This document shows positions 28,767 through 38,265 of a stretch of DNA of 64,000 nucleotides, piece by piece. Position 1 is the first letter of the stretch. Every line of letters starts with the position of its first letter. The position numbers and the translations under genes are program-made. The notes under the pieces were generated by a model, which worked only from the letters and a program-made list of their open reading frames with translations, ran no database searches and was not told the DNA's origin. Origin of the DNA: Candidatus Latescibacterota bacterium (GTDB lineage: Bacteria; Latescibacterota; UBA2968; UBA8231); NCBI GenBank assembly GCA_965200315.1, contig OZ241362.1, forward strand, positions 2,016,001 to 2,080,000. The letters run 5' to 3'.

Positions 28767-31451
28767 CTATTGCAAGCCAGCGTATAGCGTGACAAAAGTC
28801 TCGGTCGTCGTTGCAGGCTCGGCCTCTGCAAACGCCTTGCGCTCTACCACAAAACCGGCCAACGCCTGAATCCGGTAGCCCAAATAGGCCGACTCAGTAG
28901 CCAATTGCAAGGCCCAGCTCAGGGAGTCGAAATCCTCCGCATCGCGGTCGAAGTCGTTGAACAGCGCGTACTCGACCCCGGCTTGGAGCCGCGTGGCCTG
29001 CAAGAGCTGCGTGTCCAAAAGCAGCGAAAACAGCTCCATCAGCGTCGTGCGCTCCTCTTGGTCAAATAGCGACCGGCTCTGCTGGCGCCACTCGCTCTTC
29101 CAGCGCGGCGATAGGGTCAGCCCGCGCCAAGTGCGGCGATAGCTAACCTTGTTGATTAAACCAAAGAAAAAATCCGACGCATCGCGCTGCCGCTGCGCGA
29201 AGAAAACTCCGTTCAGCTTGCTCATCACCAGCAGCGCGTCGCTGGTCAGGCTGTGGCCGACGAATAGCTGGTGAACCCAAGCATCGCGCGCCAACAGCGG
29301 ATCGGCGATGTGTACCAGCTTGCCGCCGCGCAGCGTGTTGTCTGGCTGCCACTGCAAAATTGGATCGGGAATGTCGTCTTGCACCAACTGGCTCATCTCA
29401 AAGAGCCGCACCCGACCCACCCGCGGCCAAGCCCGCTCGTACCCTAGCTGCAAATACGTGCTGTGGTTTTTGCGGTCCGCCGAAATCTGCTCCTCGCGCA
29501 AGGTGCCCACCTTGAGCTGCCAGTGCCGATTCAGGCTGATGCCCCCATAGACGTTGAAACCTTGTTGATCGCGGCGGTAGGGGTAGTCCGGCTCGGTGTC
29601 GTTTTCGTATAAATCGACCCAGAAGTTGTGGTTCATATCGACGCCGAAGAGGAACTCTGGCCGATCGACCAAGAAGCGGAGGAACGGCTCCTCGTAATCT
29701 GGAACGGCGTTGGCCTTGACTCGATTGTCGTTTTGGTTGAAATCGGGCACCAAGTCGTTGTTGAGGTCCCAGCCGGGAAAGACCAAACGGTCGTCGACCA
29801 AAAAGTCCGCGCGAAACCCGTCTGGAAAGCGGTCTTGATCGTCGTTGTCTTCCACTAAGTCAAAGCGGTTGCCCTGCCGGGCGTAATCGAGGCCCGAGGA
29901 GGTGGTGACAAAGGACTGGGTGTTGTAGCGCGGATCAATCGAATACACTTCCCCAAACAGCGACAGCCGCCCCAAGTGCTTGCTCAGATTCGCCATCCAC
30001 GCCGGCGCGCTGGGCCGGCCGCCAATGCCCGCGGAGGAAGTGTGCGTCTCCGAGGCAACATTGGGATACTTGCGAAAGCTCCAGCTTAAGTCGTATTCGC
30101 CATACAGATCGAAGCCGAGCACGTCTTCCACCTTGAGGGTGGCCCCGGCAACGGTCGTAGCCGTCGGCAGCCCGTAGGCAAAGCGGACCGTGCGCAGATT
30201 AGATATGTCCTGCACATTGCCCTCGGCCTGCGCCACCAGCAAAAAGACCGGGTCATCCACGTCCGCCCCGAATACGTCGCCCAAGCTGATGGAGCGCTCG
30301 CCCGTCCAACTAAACGAACTCGATGGCCGACCGACCGTTACAAAGCCGCCGCCCTCTCCCAACTGCTGGTCCGAGCTCATCCAGAGCTGGTAGTCGTTGG
30401 CCAGCACGAGGCGAAATTCCACTGCCGCGATTTCGGATTTATCGGCCGAGGCGCGGTTGACAAACGACGCGCTGTCGAAGTCGTAGAGCAAGCTGATTTG
30501 CCCGTCACCATCGGCGGTGAGAAACCCCTGCCGCTCCAAGCCGCCGCTGATCACCGGGCCAAAGCGAATGTCGCGGCCCGACTCCACAGTGCCGTCGCGG
30601 TAGGTGATAATCACGTCCGAGGCATCTGGGAAGAACGCGGCACCGCCAGTGCCGTCTTCCGGCGAGTCGTCGCGCAAGGCGATCGCAATCTGGGAGACGG
30701 TTGCGTTCTGCTGCTTGTTCAGCCCGCCTTTGTACAGGGTTTCTATTAGCTGATCCGACTCGCTGTTGGTCTGGTGGGCATTGACCGCGTGCAGGCCCAA
30801 CTCCACGAAATCCCCCAACTGGGCCGTGAATCGCCCTCCCACGAGGGAAGTCGCGTCCGTGAAGCGGCTCTCCTCCTCCTGCAAACCGCGCGGGCCGGTG
30901 ATCAGCGAGTGGAGAAAGGTCAACTGGTATTTGTCGGTGGCGAGGTCAATCTGCAAGCCGTTCAGGCGCGGCTTGGAAAACGACAGCGGCGTCAAGGTCG
31001 TCCGCAGGTTGTTGCTCACTGTCAGCGCGTAGTGATGTTGACCTTTGTGATCGCCGGCGATGACCAGTTCGTTGAACCACCGCGCAAACCGCTCGGTCTT
31101 GAACAGGGAGCTACCGGCTTCCTCGGGCCGCCGCTGCGCTGTGTTGAAGATCAACCATCCCTGCGCCAAGTAGTTCCCGTACAGATCGTAGAAGTAATCG
31201 CCCTCCAAGTCGATGTTCACGTAGCGCTGATACGGCAGCCGCGCACGGTTGGTGTACTCCCACTGCCGCCACGGGTATTCGGCGAACATCACCTGCGGCA
31301 CGTACCAGCGCCGCATGGCCGGGTCGAGCGCGTCGAGGTACACCTCCGGGCTTTGCGCTACTTCCTGTTGCCATCCGTAGGCCCCGTCGGCAAGGGCGAG
31401 AGCGAACCATGTAGCACAAAGGAGGGCAAGCTGTTTTGTCGGGCCGCTCAT
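28767..31451 (-). CDS. secreted ~890-aa hypothetical protein, probable outer-membrane beta-barrel (paralog 2)
   Basis: Signal peptide; collinear with 38266-40929; Asp-rich central loops; amphipathic C-terminal strands ending FVTLYAGLQ. Confidence 0.6.
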   Translation of the reverse strand: MSGPTKQLALLCATWFALALADGAYGWQQEVAQSPEVYLDALDPAMRRWYVPQVMFAEYPWRQWEYTNRARLPYQRYVNIDLEGDYFYDLYGNYLAQGWLIFNTAQRRPEEAGSSLFKTERFARWFNELVIAGDHKGQHHYALTVSNNLRTTLTPLSFSKPRLNGLQIDLATDKYQLTFLHSLITGPRGLQEEESRFTDATSLVGGRFTAQLGDFVELGLHAVNAHQTNSESDQLIETLYKGGLNKQQNATVSQIAIALRDDSPEDGTGGAAFFPDASDVIITYRDGTVESGRDIRFGPVISGGLERQGFLTADGDGQISLLYDFDSASFVNRASADKSEIAAVEFRLVLANDYQLWMSSDQQLGEGGGFVTVGRPSSSFSWTGERSISLGDVFGADVDDPVFLLVAQAEGNVQDISNLRTVRFAYGLPTATTVAGATLKVEDVLGFDLYGEYDLSWSFRKYPNVASETHTSSAGIGGRPSAPAWMANLSKHLGRLSLFGEVYSIDPRYNTQSFVTTSSGLDYARQGNRFDLVEDNDDQDRFPDGFRADFLVDDRLVFPGWDLNNDLVPDFNQNDNRVKANAVPDYEEPFLRFLVDRPEFLFGVDMNHNFWVDLYENDTEPDYPYRRDQQGFNVYGGISLNRHWQLKVGTLREEQISADRKNHSTYLQLGYERAWPRVGRVRLFEMSQLVQDDIPDPILQWQPDNTLRGGKLVHIADPLLARDAWVHQLFVGHSLTSDALLVMSKLNGVFFAQRQRDASDFFFGLINKVSYRRTWRGLTLSPRWKSEWRQQSRSLFDQEERTTLMELFSLLLDTQLLQATRLQAGVEYALFNDFDRDAEDFDSLSWALQLATESAYLGYRIQALAGFVVERKAFAEAEPATTTETFVTLYAGLQ

Positions 31452-31464
31452 TCAAACTGTAGCC

Positions 31465-32307
31465 TTAGAATTGGTACGAGTAGTACAGGGCTATGCCGCG
31501 CTCTTGGGCGTGGGCTGCAACATCGGGCGATGAAGTCATGTGGGTGACCAAAACGGGGAATACCTCCTCAAACAGCGGCTCTAGGCGAGCGAGTCTGTGA
31601 CTGATAAAATGGTCGATGTTCTTAGCGGACAACTGGCTCTTGCTTTCGCCAATTACGACCACCTCGCGCCCGTTCCTGCGCCCTCGGCCGAAGATGTTGA
31701 CCTCAACGGGATATCCTCTGTCGGTTGTGAGGTACGTGCGGATGAGCCGGTCCTCCAACTCAATACCATGATCGGCCCCTAGCAGCGCCGGCAAGGCGCG
31801 GTAGGCCTCATTTTCGATGATGTAACCCACGGTATGAGAGAGGCCGCCGAGCTGTCTGCGCGTTTCGGCGTGTGCCTCTGTCAGCTTTTCGAGTGCCTCT
31901 TGGGTCCGCGCTTGGGCTTCGGCCAGGCGGTCGAGAGTGGCTTCCACTCTATCCAGCCGCCCTTCGGATCGCGCTTGGGCTTCGACCAGGCGGTCCAGAG
32001 TGGCTTCCACTCTATCCAGCCGCCCTTCGGATCGCGCTTGGGCTTCGACCAGGCGGTCCAGAGTGGCTTCCACCCGATCCATCCGCGTCTCTACCCCTTC
32101 CATCCGCGTCTCTACCCCTTCCAAACGCTCCTCTGAACGAGCCTGGGCGACGGTAAGTGCTTTGACCGCATCCTTGAGGTCCTGCATGTCAACAGAGGTA
32201 GCCAAGCCGACGTGAAGTTCACTTAACACGCTAGTGAGAAGATTGGCTTGATCTTGGGTAAACGCCTCTCCTAATCTGCGTTTGACGTCGTCTGTGCTTA
32301 ATAACAT
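31465..32307 (-). CDS. heptad-repeat coiled-coil protein with C-terminal PD-(D/E)XK-like domain
   Basis: ATG 32307 after GAGG; LATSVDM, tandem 7- and 21-aa repeats, QLGGLSHTVGYIIENEA, VEVNIFG...IGESKSQL. Confidence 0.65.
   Translation of the reverse strand: MLLSTDDVKRRLGEAFTQDQANLLTSVLSELHVGLATSVDMQDLKDAVKALTVAQARSEERLEGVETRMEGVETRMDRVEATLDRLVEAQARSEGRLDRVEATLDRLVEAQARSEGRLDRVEATLDRLAEAQARTQEALEKLTEAHAETRRQLGGLSHTVGYIIENEAYRALPALLGADHGIELEDRLIRTYLTTDRGYPVEVNIFGRGRRNGREVVVIGESKSQLSAKNIDHFISHRLARLEPLFEEVFPVLVTHMTSSPDVAAHAQERGIALYYSYQF
31907..32121. repeat. intragenic tandem repeats: 63 bp x about 2.7 and 21 bp x 2
   Basis: 63-bp units start at 31907, 31970 and 32033; catccgcgtctctaccccttc at 32080 and 32101. 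Confidence 0.9.
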
Positions 32308-32386
32308 GACTTTTTCCTCTCGTGACATCGTTCGTTTGGCTCTCAATTATACTTACAGGGAGCCTAGTCAATGTCAAGTCTCCAGC

Positions 32387-34426
32387 CTAGTACGCCACGC
32401 CCACCACCCCATTCGCCACTTCGCGGCCCTTGTCGGTGTCCCAATCGAGCTGATAGAGATACATGCCGGGCGGCACGAGTGCGCCCGCTGCGTCGCGCCC
32501 ATTCCAAGTTTGGGCAAAGCTACCGCTACCGGTGTTAGCCGCGATTTGGCGCACCAGTCGGCCAGACAGGTCGTAGAGCCGCAAGCGGATCGGCCGCAAG
32601 CTCTCCAAATCGCGCAATTCGTAGGCAATCGCTACTTGGTCGTTGACGCCGTCGCCGTTGGGCGTAAAGGTCGCTGGCGTGGCCTGCACCCTGCTGATGA
32701 GACCACCGCCCATGGGCGTGCGCACCGATACCACGTCGCCGCTAAAGCGGAACGTTGCGTTGCCCGGGGCGACCTGCTGCTTGAGCTCCGGCTCGGTGCT
32801 GTTGTATACCCAGCTTCTGAAGTCCGCGCCAAAGCGCAAGACCTTGGCGTCGAAGACCACCTCAATCCGCTTCTCATTGTCGCGCGGCCCCACCAAGCGG
32901 TCGAACGAGACGATCAGGCGGTCGTCCTCGATCTCAGGCGGGAAGCGGTCGCTTATTTCCTCGCCGTCGATGAGCACCGAATGCACCCGCTCGACCGGGA
33001 TCTGGGTAAAAATCTCCAGCCGGTCAAAGCCCAAGTCGCTCGCGCGCAAGACCGGGCGCACCACATAGGTGAAGGTTTCAGCCGCAAAGCTCTGCGTGGC
33101 GATCGGCCAGATCTCCCCAACCACCTCTTGGGCCACCGGCTCCTCGGAAAACAGCAGCGACATGTTGTCGATGTGCGGGGCCGCGTCGCCGCTGGCAAAC
33201 AGGATGGCCTCTAGCTGGAAGTAGCGCGCCGGACTCGGCGAGAGTATAGGCGTGCCGTCCTGCCACAAATCCGCTGGCAGCTCGACCTGCCGCAACCCAG
33301 CCGCGAACTCATAGGGCGCGGACCACGGGCTCCAATTCTCTAGGTCGTACCCCAATTCCACGTTGTCCCACCGCCGGTGCCCGAGCTGAGTCAGGTATTC
33401 GTCGAGGGTCGATACTTCGAGGGTGCCGGTCGGGCCGATGGTGCGGTAGATGTTGGGCTGCGGCGTGTTGCCCGTGCGGGTGCGGAGCAAAAGTTGGGTT
33501 CCCTCGGGCACCTCGCCTTGCCAGCGAATTTTGCTCCACGCGACCTCGCGGCCAAAATCCATGATCGGAGTGCGGTAGGTCGTCCGGGTCACAAAGCCCT
33601 CGCCATAGACTTCGAGCTCGGCGATTTCCCAGTCGCGTTCGGGGTCGAGCGGGCGAACGGCGATCCACTTGAGGTCGCGGGTGGAAAAGCGCAAATCCAC
33701 CACCACATCGAGGCTTTCGCGGTTGCGCACCAAGATGTTAAAGGCCGGGTCGTTGGGCGCACCCAAGGCCGCGTCAATGACCATGTACCAACGCTTGCCG
33801 CGCTGGCTGCGGTCGAAGTTGCTGTCCCAAAACGGGCCGGTGTGGTCGGCCACGCCGATTTCGTACCACGCCAAGTAGTTGTCCTCAAACCCGGGCCGCG
33901 GAAAGAAGCGAATGCGGTTGATGGGTAGCTCGGCTCCCAAGTGCATGACGTTGTTTTTGACCACCCCGGGGTTGTTGCGGCCGGCCAAGCGCGGCGGCTC
34001 GGGGACCCTCACCAGCATAGCGGTCGTCGGATCGCCGTCGATGAGAAACTGCAAGGGCTGGGAGTCGGTTACCAAGTGCGTGCCGCCGTAAATGCTGGCC
34101 GTGTAAAAGTGCCCTTGGCGCTCCTTGATCGACAGCGCCAGATTTTCGTTCGGGTCGATGTACACTGGGCGCAGGCTGCCGTCGGCAAAATCGATCAGCG
34201 TATCGACGCCCGCGGTGTTGAAACGCACGCTGACCTCTTCGGCAACCGCGCCAATGGTCACCTCTTCGACGATGCCGCCCTCGGCGTCGAGCAGCGCGTA
34301 CGCAGCCGTCTGCTCGGCGACCAATGTCTGCCAAGAATTGCCGTCCGCGCCGCCGAGGCGGAACTCGCCGCGGCCCCACGCACTGGAGGCTAAGGCTACC
34401 ACTAGCAAGCCTATGTGCTGCAACAT
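32387..34426 (-). CDS. secreted protein with C-terminal TPNGDGxND/FlgD-Ig domain (paralog C)
   Basis: Signal peptide; INRIRFFPR, EIAELEVYGEGF, LRTRTG, NWSPWSAPY, SPSPARYFQ, FTPNGDGVND, YDLSGRLVR, WNGRD..G..VPPGMY. Confidence 0.75.
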   Translation of the reverse strand: MLQHIGLLVVALASSAWGRGEFRLGGADGNSWQTLVAEQTAAYALLDAEGGIVEEVTIGAVAEEVSVRFNTAGVDTLIDFADGSLRPVYIDPNENLALSIKERQGHFYTASIYGGTHLVTDSQPLQFLIDGDPTTAMLVRVPEPPRLAGRNNPGVVKNNVMHLGAELPINRIRFFPRPGFEDNYLAWYEIGVADHTGPFWDSNFDRSQRGKRWYMVIDAALGAPNDPAFNILVRNRESLDVVVDLRFSTRDLKWIAVRPLDPERDWEIAELEVYGEGFVTRTTYRTPIMDFGREVAWSKIRWQGEVPEGTQLLLRTRTGNTPQPNIYRTIGPTGTLEVSTLDEYLTQLGHRRWDNVELGYDLENWSPWSAPYEFAAGLRQVELPADLWQDGTPILSPSPARYFQLEAILFASGDAAPHIDNMSLLFSEEPVAQEVVGEIWPIATQSFAAETFTYVVRPVLRASDLGFDRLEIFTQIPVERVHSVLIDGEEISDRFPPEIEDDRLIVSFDRLVGPRDNEKRIEVVFDAKVLRFGADFRSWVYNSTEPELKQQVAPGNATFRFSGDVVSVRTPMGGGLISRVQATPATFTPNGDGVNDQVAIAYELRDLESLRPIRLRLYDLSGRLVRQIAANTGSGSFAQTWNGRDAAGALVPPGMYLYQLDWDTDKGREVANGVVGVAY

Positions 34427-34494
34427 GCTTGTCTCCTTTTAGTGGTCCGTGATCAGGCTCCGCATCCCCGCCCCGCCCAAGCCACGGACCACTC

Positions 34495-36543
34495 TTAGTA
34501 CGCCACGACCAAGGGACGCATCGTCTGCCCACTGCGTGCATCCCCTTGCACCTCGATCCGCACCACATAGATGCCGGGGGCAACGCGCTGGCCCCGCTCG
34601 TTTGTGCCGTCCCAATGCACGGCGTCGTACACGCCGTTTTGCCCTTCGGCGTCAAAGAGGCGGCGCACCGGCCGGCCCCCTAAATCCCACAAGTCGATCG
34701 CAATCCGCGCTTTGCCGATGACCGCCAGCACCTCGAAGTTCACGTCGAGGACATCGTTCACTCCGTCCCCATTGGGCGTCAAGACTTCGCTGTTGAGGGC
34801 GAAACGGCCGATCAAGCTGCCCTCGTTCACCGCCCGGCTCAGCACGGTCGTCCCGGATTCGGTCGCCACGTCGCCTTCCGCCAAGAGGTCCGCGTTGCCC
34901 GGGGTAATGCCCTGAAAGGCATCCTCTTCTAGCAGCAGAGCGCGACCGCCAAAGCGGGTGCTAAAGGCCAGCACCCGACTGGCGAAGTGGATTTTCAGCA
35001 CGGCGTCATGCTGGTTTATGGCCGGAAAACTCACGGCAAAGCGCTGGTCGTCAATGGCGGTGATAGCGACCTCGCCTTCGGTTGTCACTCCATCGGTGAC
35101 CGCAAAGGCGTGGTCGAGCATTGGCTGGCCGCTGGCGTCGATAATCTCGATCCGCATGACGCGGCCCACGCGACTCGGCGTGAACACCTCAAAACTGTTG
35201 AAGCCCTGCACGTAATCGCTCTCCATCTCCGCCCGCACCGCGTACACAAAGGGCACGTCCGCGGCGGCCGGTACCTCGCGGGGAAAAATCTCGCCGACTA
35301 AGGCGTCGGCTAGCGGCGGCGCGGAAAACTCGAGCGCGATCTGCTGGAGAATGTGGCTCGCTTCGAGGTGCTGGCTCTGGAACTCCACGCGAAATTGAAA
35401 GTAACGGCTGGGGCCGGGCGAGAGAATCTGCGTGCCCGCGGCCAGCTCCTCCAGCGCATAAGGCGAAGTCCACGGGCTCCAGTTGGCCAAGTCGTCGCGC
35501 ACCGAGCCGCGCTCCCAATCGTCGCCCTGACGCCCGCGCTCGGGCAGCTTTAAGTACTCTCTGCGCAGCAGCGGCTCGTCTGGATTGGCTACGGACGATG
35601 CGATCTCGGGGGCGTCTTGCAGGCCCACCTGCTTGCGGGTGTACGCCAAGGGACTGGGGTCGTGGCCGCTGCGGGTGCGCAACTGCATGTCGGCCAAGTC
35701 CGCAACGCCTACTTGCTGCTGCAAGGTGCGGATGAGGCCCCAATTGGCTGGGCTGCCCATGTCGATGATCGGCGAGATGTAGCGCGCCGTCGGAAAGAAC
35801 CCCTCGCCAAAGACCTGGAGCTTTTCGATCTCAAAGGGAATGGCCGACGTGGCCCGCAGGCGGATGAAGCGAATGTAGCGCGGCGGGTCGATGAGCACTT
35901 CGGTGATCCGATCGCTGTTGTCGTTGCGCACCGTATAGGTTTCCCAGATCGGGTTGCCCGAGCTGGTCAGCACCAAGCCGTCGTTGATCTCCACTTCAAA
36001 GTTTTTCAAAAAGTCGTTTTGAAAGGGGGTGCCAGGCGAGGCAAAGACCGTGTTGCGCGGGAAAAAGCGCAGCCGGTTGACCCCAAAGCGCGCACCCAAG
36101 TCGAGAATGAGCTGGGTCCCCAAGATGTCGTCTTCTTTGCGCTCGAATGCCTGCCCGGTCGGGTCGGCCGCGAGCATGTCCTCGAAAATCACTTGGAGCT
36201 GCAAAGCGGTCAGGTCGAAGACGGTCGGTGCGCGCAGCGAGCCGCCGCGCTCCAGCACCTCTGCGGCCAAGTTCTGCTCGGCCCCCACTCGCCGCGGCAG
36301 GATACTGCCCGAAAAATCCGCGCTTTTAAACTCGATCAAATCGGCCGGCGCATAGCCTATTTCGGTGACGTTGGGGTCGAGAAAGGAGCGGTGCTCGGGC
36401 TGAATCGTCGCGATGTCCTCGGCCCCTTCAACCTTCCCGGTCCAAGAAATTTGCCCGTCCTGTCCGATGAGCAGGACTTGTCGGGCCGCTAGCGGCTGCA
36501 CCAAGCACACCGTTAGAATCCCAATCAGCAACGCGGCTCTCAT
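34495..36543 (-). CDS. secreted protein with C-terminal TPNGDGxND/FlgD-Ig domain (paralog B)
   Basis: Signal peptide; DLGARFGVNRLRFFPR, VFGEGF, LRTRSG, NWSPWTSPY, SPGPSRYFQ, LTPNGDGVND, WDGTNERGQRVAPGIY. Confidence 0.75.
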   Translation of the reverse strand: MRAALLIGILTVCLVQPLAARQVLLIGQDGQISWTGKVEGAEDIATIQPEHRSFLDPNVTEIGYAPADLIEFKSADFSGSILPRRVGAEQNLAAEVLERGGSLRAPTVFDLTALQLQVIFEDMLAADPTGQAFERKEDDILGTQLILDLGARFGVNRLRFFPRNTVFASPGTPFQNDFLKNFEVEINDGLVLTSSGNPIWETYTVRNDNSDRITEVLIDPPRYIRFIRLRATSAIPFEIEKLQVFGEGFFPTARYISPIIDMGSPANWGLIRTLQQQVGVADLADMQLRTRSGHDPSPLAYTRKQVGLQDAPEIASSVANPDEPLLRREYLKLPERGRQGDDWERGSVRDDLANWSPWTSPYALEELAAGTQILSPGPSRYFQFRVEFQSQHLEASHILQQIALEFSAPPLADALVGEIFPREVPAAADVPFVYAVRAEMESDYVQGFNSFEVFTPSRVGRVMRIEIIDASGQPMLDHAFAVTDGVTTEGEVAITAIDDQRFAVSFPAINQHDAVLKIHFASRVLAFSTRFGGRALLLEEDAFQGITPGNADLLAEGDVATESGTTVLSRAVNEGSLIGRFALNSEVLTPNGDGVNDVLDVNFEVLAVIGKARIAIDLWDLGGRPVRRLFDAEGQNGVYDAVHWDGTNERGQRVAPGIYVVRIEVQGDARSGQTMRPLVVAY

Positions 36544-36929
36544 GGTATTTCTCCCGACCGACGAGGGTCTTCAATAACAACGCCACCATCGTCCCATACT
36601 TCCAGAGTTACTCCACTCTCCTGAGGCAGGGACATCCCAAGCAGAGGTTCCTCATCTGTTTGTAAAATGCCTACTTGACTTGGAAGTCCGTGCCAAGATA
36701 CGGTCCCAAGGTAGGCGTTTAATACCACGGATTCGCCATGAGCGAGTGTTGCGCTGCGCCGACCTAACAGGAATAACCCCAGTTGTTGGATGACGTCCTG
36801 CGGTAGCGTCAAATCGCCGTTATACCCTGTGTCCAAGACGACCTCTAATGAATGGAGAAGTCCATCACTGCCCACTAAGTCAACGATGATTACTGCTTCG
36901 AGATAATGGTTTATCTTGCCTGTAATCAT
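36540..36929 (-). CDS. clan AA aspartic protease (single-domain, retropepsin-like)
   Basis: MITGKIN start, VVLDTGYNGDLTLP (DTG catalytic motif), TLAHG, PLLGMSL. Confidence 0.8.
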   Translation of the reverse strand: MITGKINHYLEAVIIVDLVGSDGLLHSLEVVLDTGYNGDLTLPQDVIQQLGLFLLGRRSATLAHGESVVLNAYLGTVSWHGLPSQVGILQTDEEPLLGMSLPQESGVTLEVWDDGGVVIEDPRRSGEIP

Positions 36930-36939
36930 GGCTTGGGTG

Positions 36940-37185
36940 TCAAGCGCCGATACGGTAAGCTGTGCGATAACCGATGCGCACCCCATAGGTAACAGCATCA
37001 GGCCGCTCCAGCAGCTTCAGAGTAGCTGTTACGTCCCTTGAGTCTATCTCGTAGTCGCCGGTCTCAATGTCAATAATCACGAACTTTCCTTTTTCTGTCG
37101 TCTCCATCAAGTTGCGTATCTGTTCCCGGTAGATGGCTTCCCCTCGGGCTGTTATCTCCTCGGGGCTATAAGCATGGCCTGCCAT
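36940..37185 (-). CDS. small partner protein (DUF5678-like) upstream of the aspartic protease
   Basis: 81 aa; ARGEAIYREQIR...KGKFVIIDIETGDYEID...RIG; GGAGG RBS. Confidence 0.7.
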   Translation of the reverse strand: MAGHAYSPEEITARGEAIYREQIRNLMETTEKGKFVIIDIETGDYEIDSRDVTATLKLLERPDAVTYGVRIGYRTAYRIGA

Positions 37186-37236
37186 AGCACCCTCCTTTTG
37201 GTTTGCAGTCCCATAGATCGCCCCAATTGGGACTTT

Positions 37237-38265
37237 TCACAATCTCTCGCCCGCTAGGTGCTTAATCAAGACATCCCTTTCCATTTTGACGCGCTCGTCG
37301 AGTTCGGCGCGTCGCTTTTGGCGCTGGTACTGGGCAAACGCCTCTCGTGCGGCCTCTTTCTCGCCCAGTAACCCGTGGAGCTTACTCAGAAAGAAATACA
37401 CCCGGTAGTCATCCGGGGTGGTCTCGGCCAACCTAGCAACACAAGTGAGGGCCTCGCGGTAACGCCCCTGCCAAAAGAGCAGCTTGCCCAGCCCCCACAA
37501 GTCGGCACTTGAACCGGGATTTTCTACTAGCGCGGCCGCGAGCTGCCCTTCGGCCTTTTGCATGGCTTCCTCTCCAACCAGCCCTTGCTGCCGCCACCAG
37601 CCCTCCACCCTTGCGCCACCCAGTTCGCCGCTACGGCGGTCCATTTCGATGAGGAGCTCCGCCAGCGCCAAGGCCGCTTGCCGCGCATAGGGCTTTTGCG
37701 CCAACAGCTCGATGTAGGCCGCAACGGCAGGCTCGGCCCGGCCTTCGGCCTCGTGAATGCTCGCTAGCTGATACCGGGCCCGGCTGCTGTCGGGACGCAA
37801 CACCAGCAAGTCGCCGTAGGACTGGGCTGCACTCTGCAAGTCGCCGCTCAAGCCCTGTGCGTCGCCCAAGCGACCGAGCAATACGGCCGGATCGCCCCCT
37901 TGGTCAAGCAGAGTCTGGTAGAGGATGACGGCGGCGGCTGGCTGCCCGGCCGCTACATAGCGGGCCGCTAGCAACTCCTGAGCTCGACTTTCTTCGGGCC
38001 AGCGCACCAACAGCTCGCGGTACGCGGCAATGGCCTTGCCGTGTTCGCCCTTTTCGCCATAGAGTGCTCCAAGCGCGTAATAGGCGGCGGGAGAATTGAC
38101 CCCGGCCGCGACCGCACTCCGGTACTCGCGCAGGGCGTTGGCGGTCATGCCCTGCTCTTGGTATGCGTGGCCCGACCAGTAGTGCTGCTCCGCCTTTGAT
38201 CTCCCATCGCACGCATTGAGCGCGATTAGGAGCGCGTACGGGGCCACTATGGCTAGCCGGCGCAT
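37237..38265 (-). CDS. tetratricopeptide-repeat lipoprotein
   Basis: Lipobox-like LIALNAC; repeated TPR helices (AYYALGALY, ARYQLASIH, LWGLGKLL). Start directly follows the stop of the upstream barrel gene. Confidence 0.8.
   Translation of the reverse strand: MRRLAIVAPYALLIALNACDGRSKAEQHYWSGHAYQEQGMTANALREYRSAVAAGVNSPAAYYALGALYGEKGEHGKAIAAYRELLVRWPEESRAQELLAARYVAAGQPAAAVILYQTLLDQGGDPAVLLGRLGDAQGLSGDLQSAAQSYGDLLVLRPDSSRARYQLASIHEAEGRAEPAVAAYIELLAQKPYARQAALALAELLIEMDRRSGELGGARVEGWWRQQGLVGEEAMQKAEGQLAAALVENPGSSADLWGLGKLLFWQGRYREALTCVARLAETTPDDYRVYFFLSKLHGLLGEKEAAREAFAQYQRQKRRAELDERVKMERDVLIKHLAGERL

Noticed and set aside
31907-32121. CRISPR-like array
   Set aside because: The repeats are contiguous, have no spacers and are in frame within a coiled-coil gene. 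There are no cas genes.
32347-32380. Sigma70 promoter for the coiled-coil gene (TTGACA...TATAAT on the minus strand)
   Set aside because: The spacer is 20 nt, outside the usual 16-18, so it was not called.
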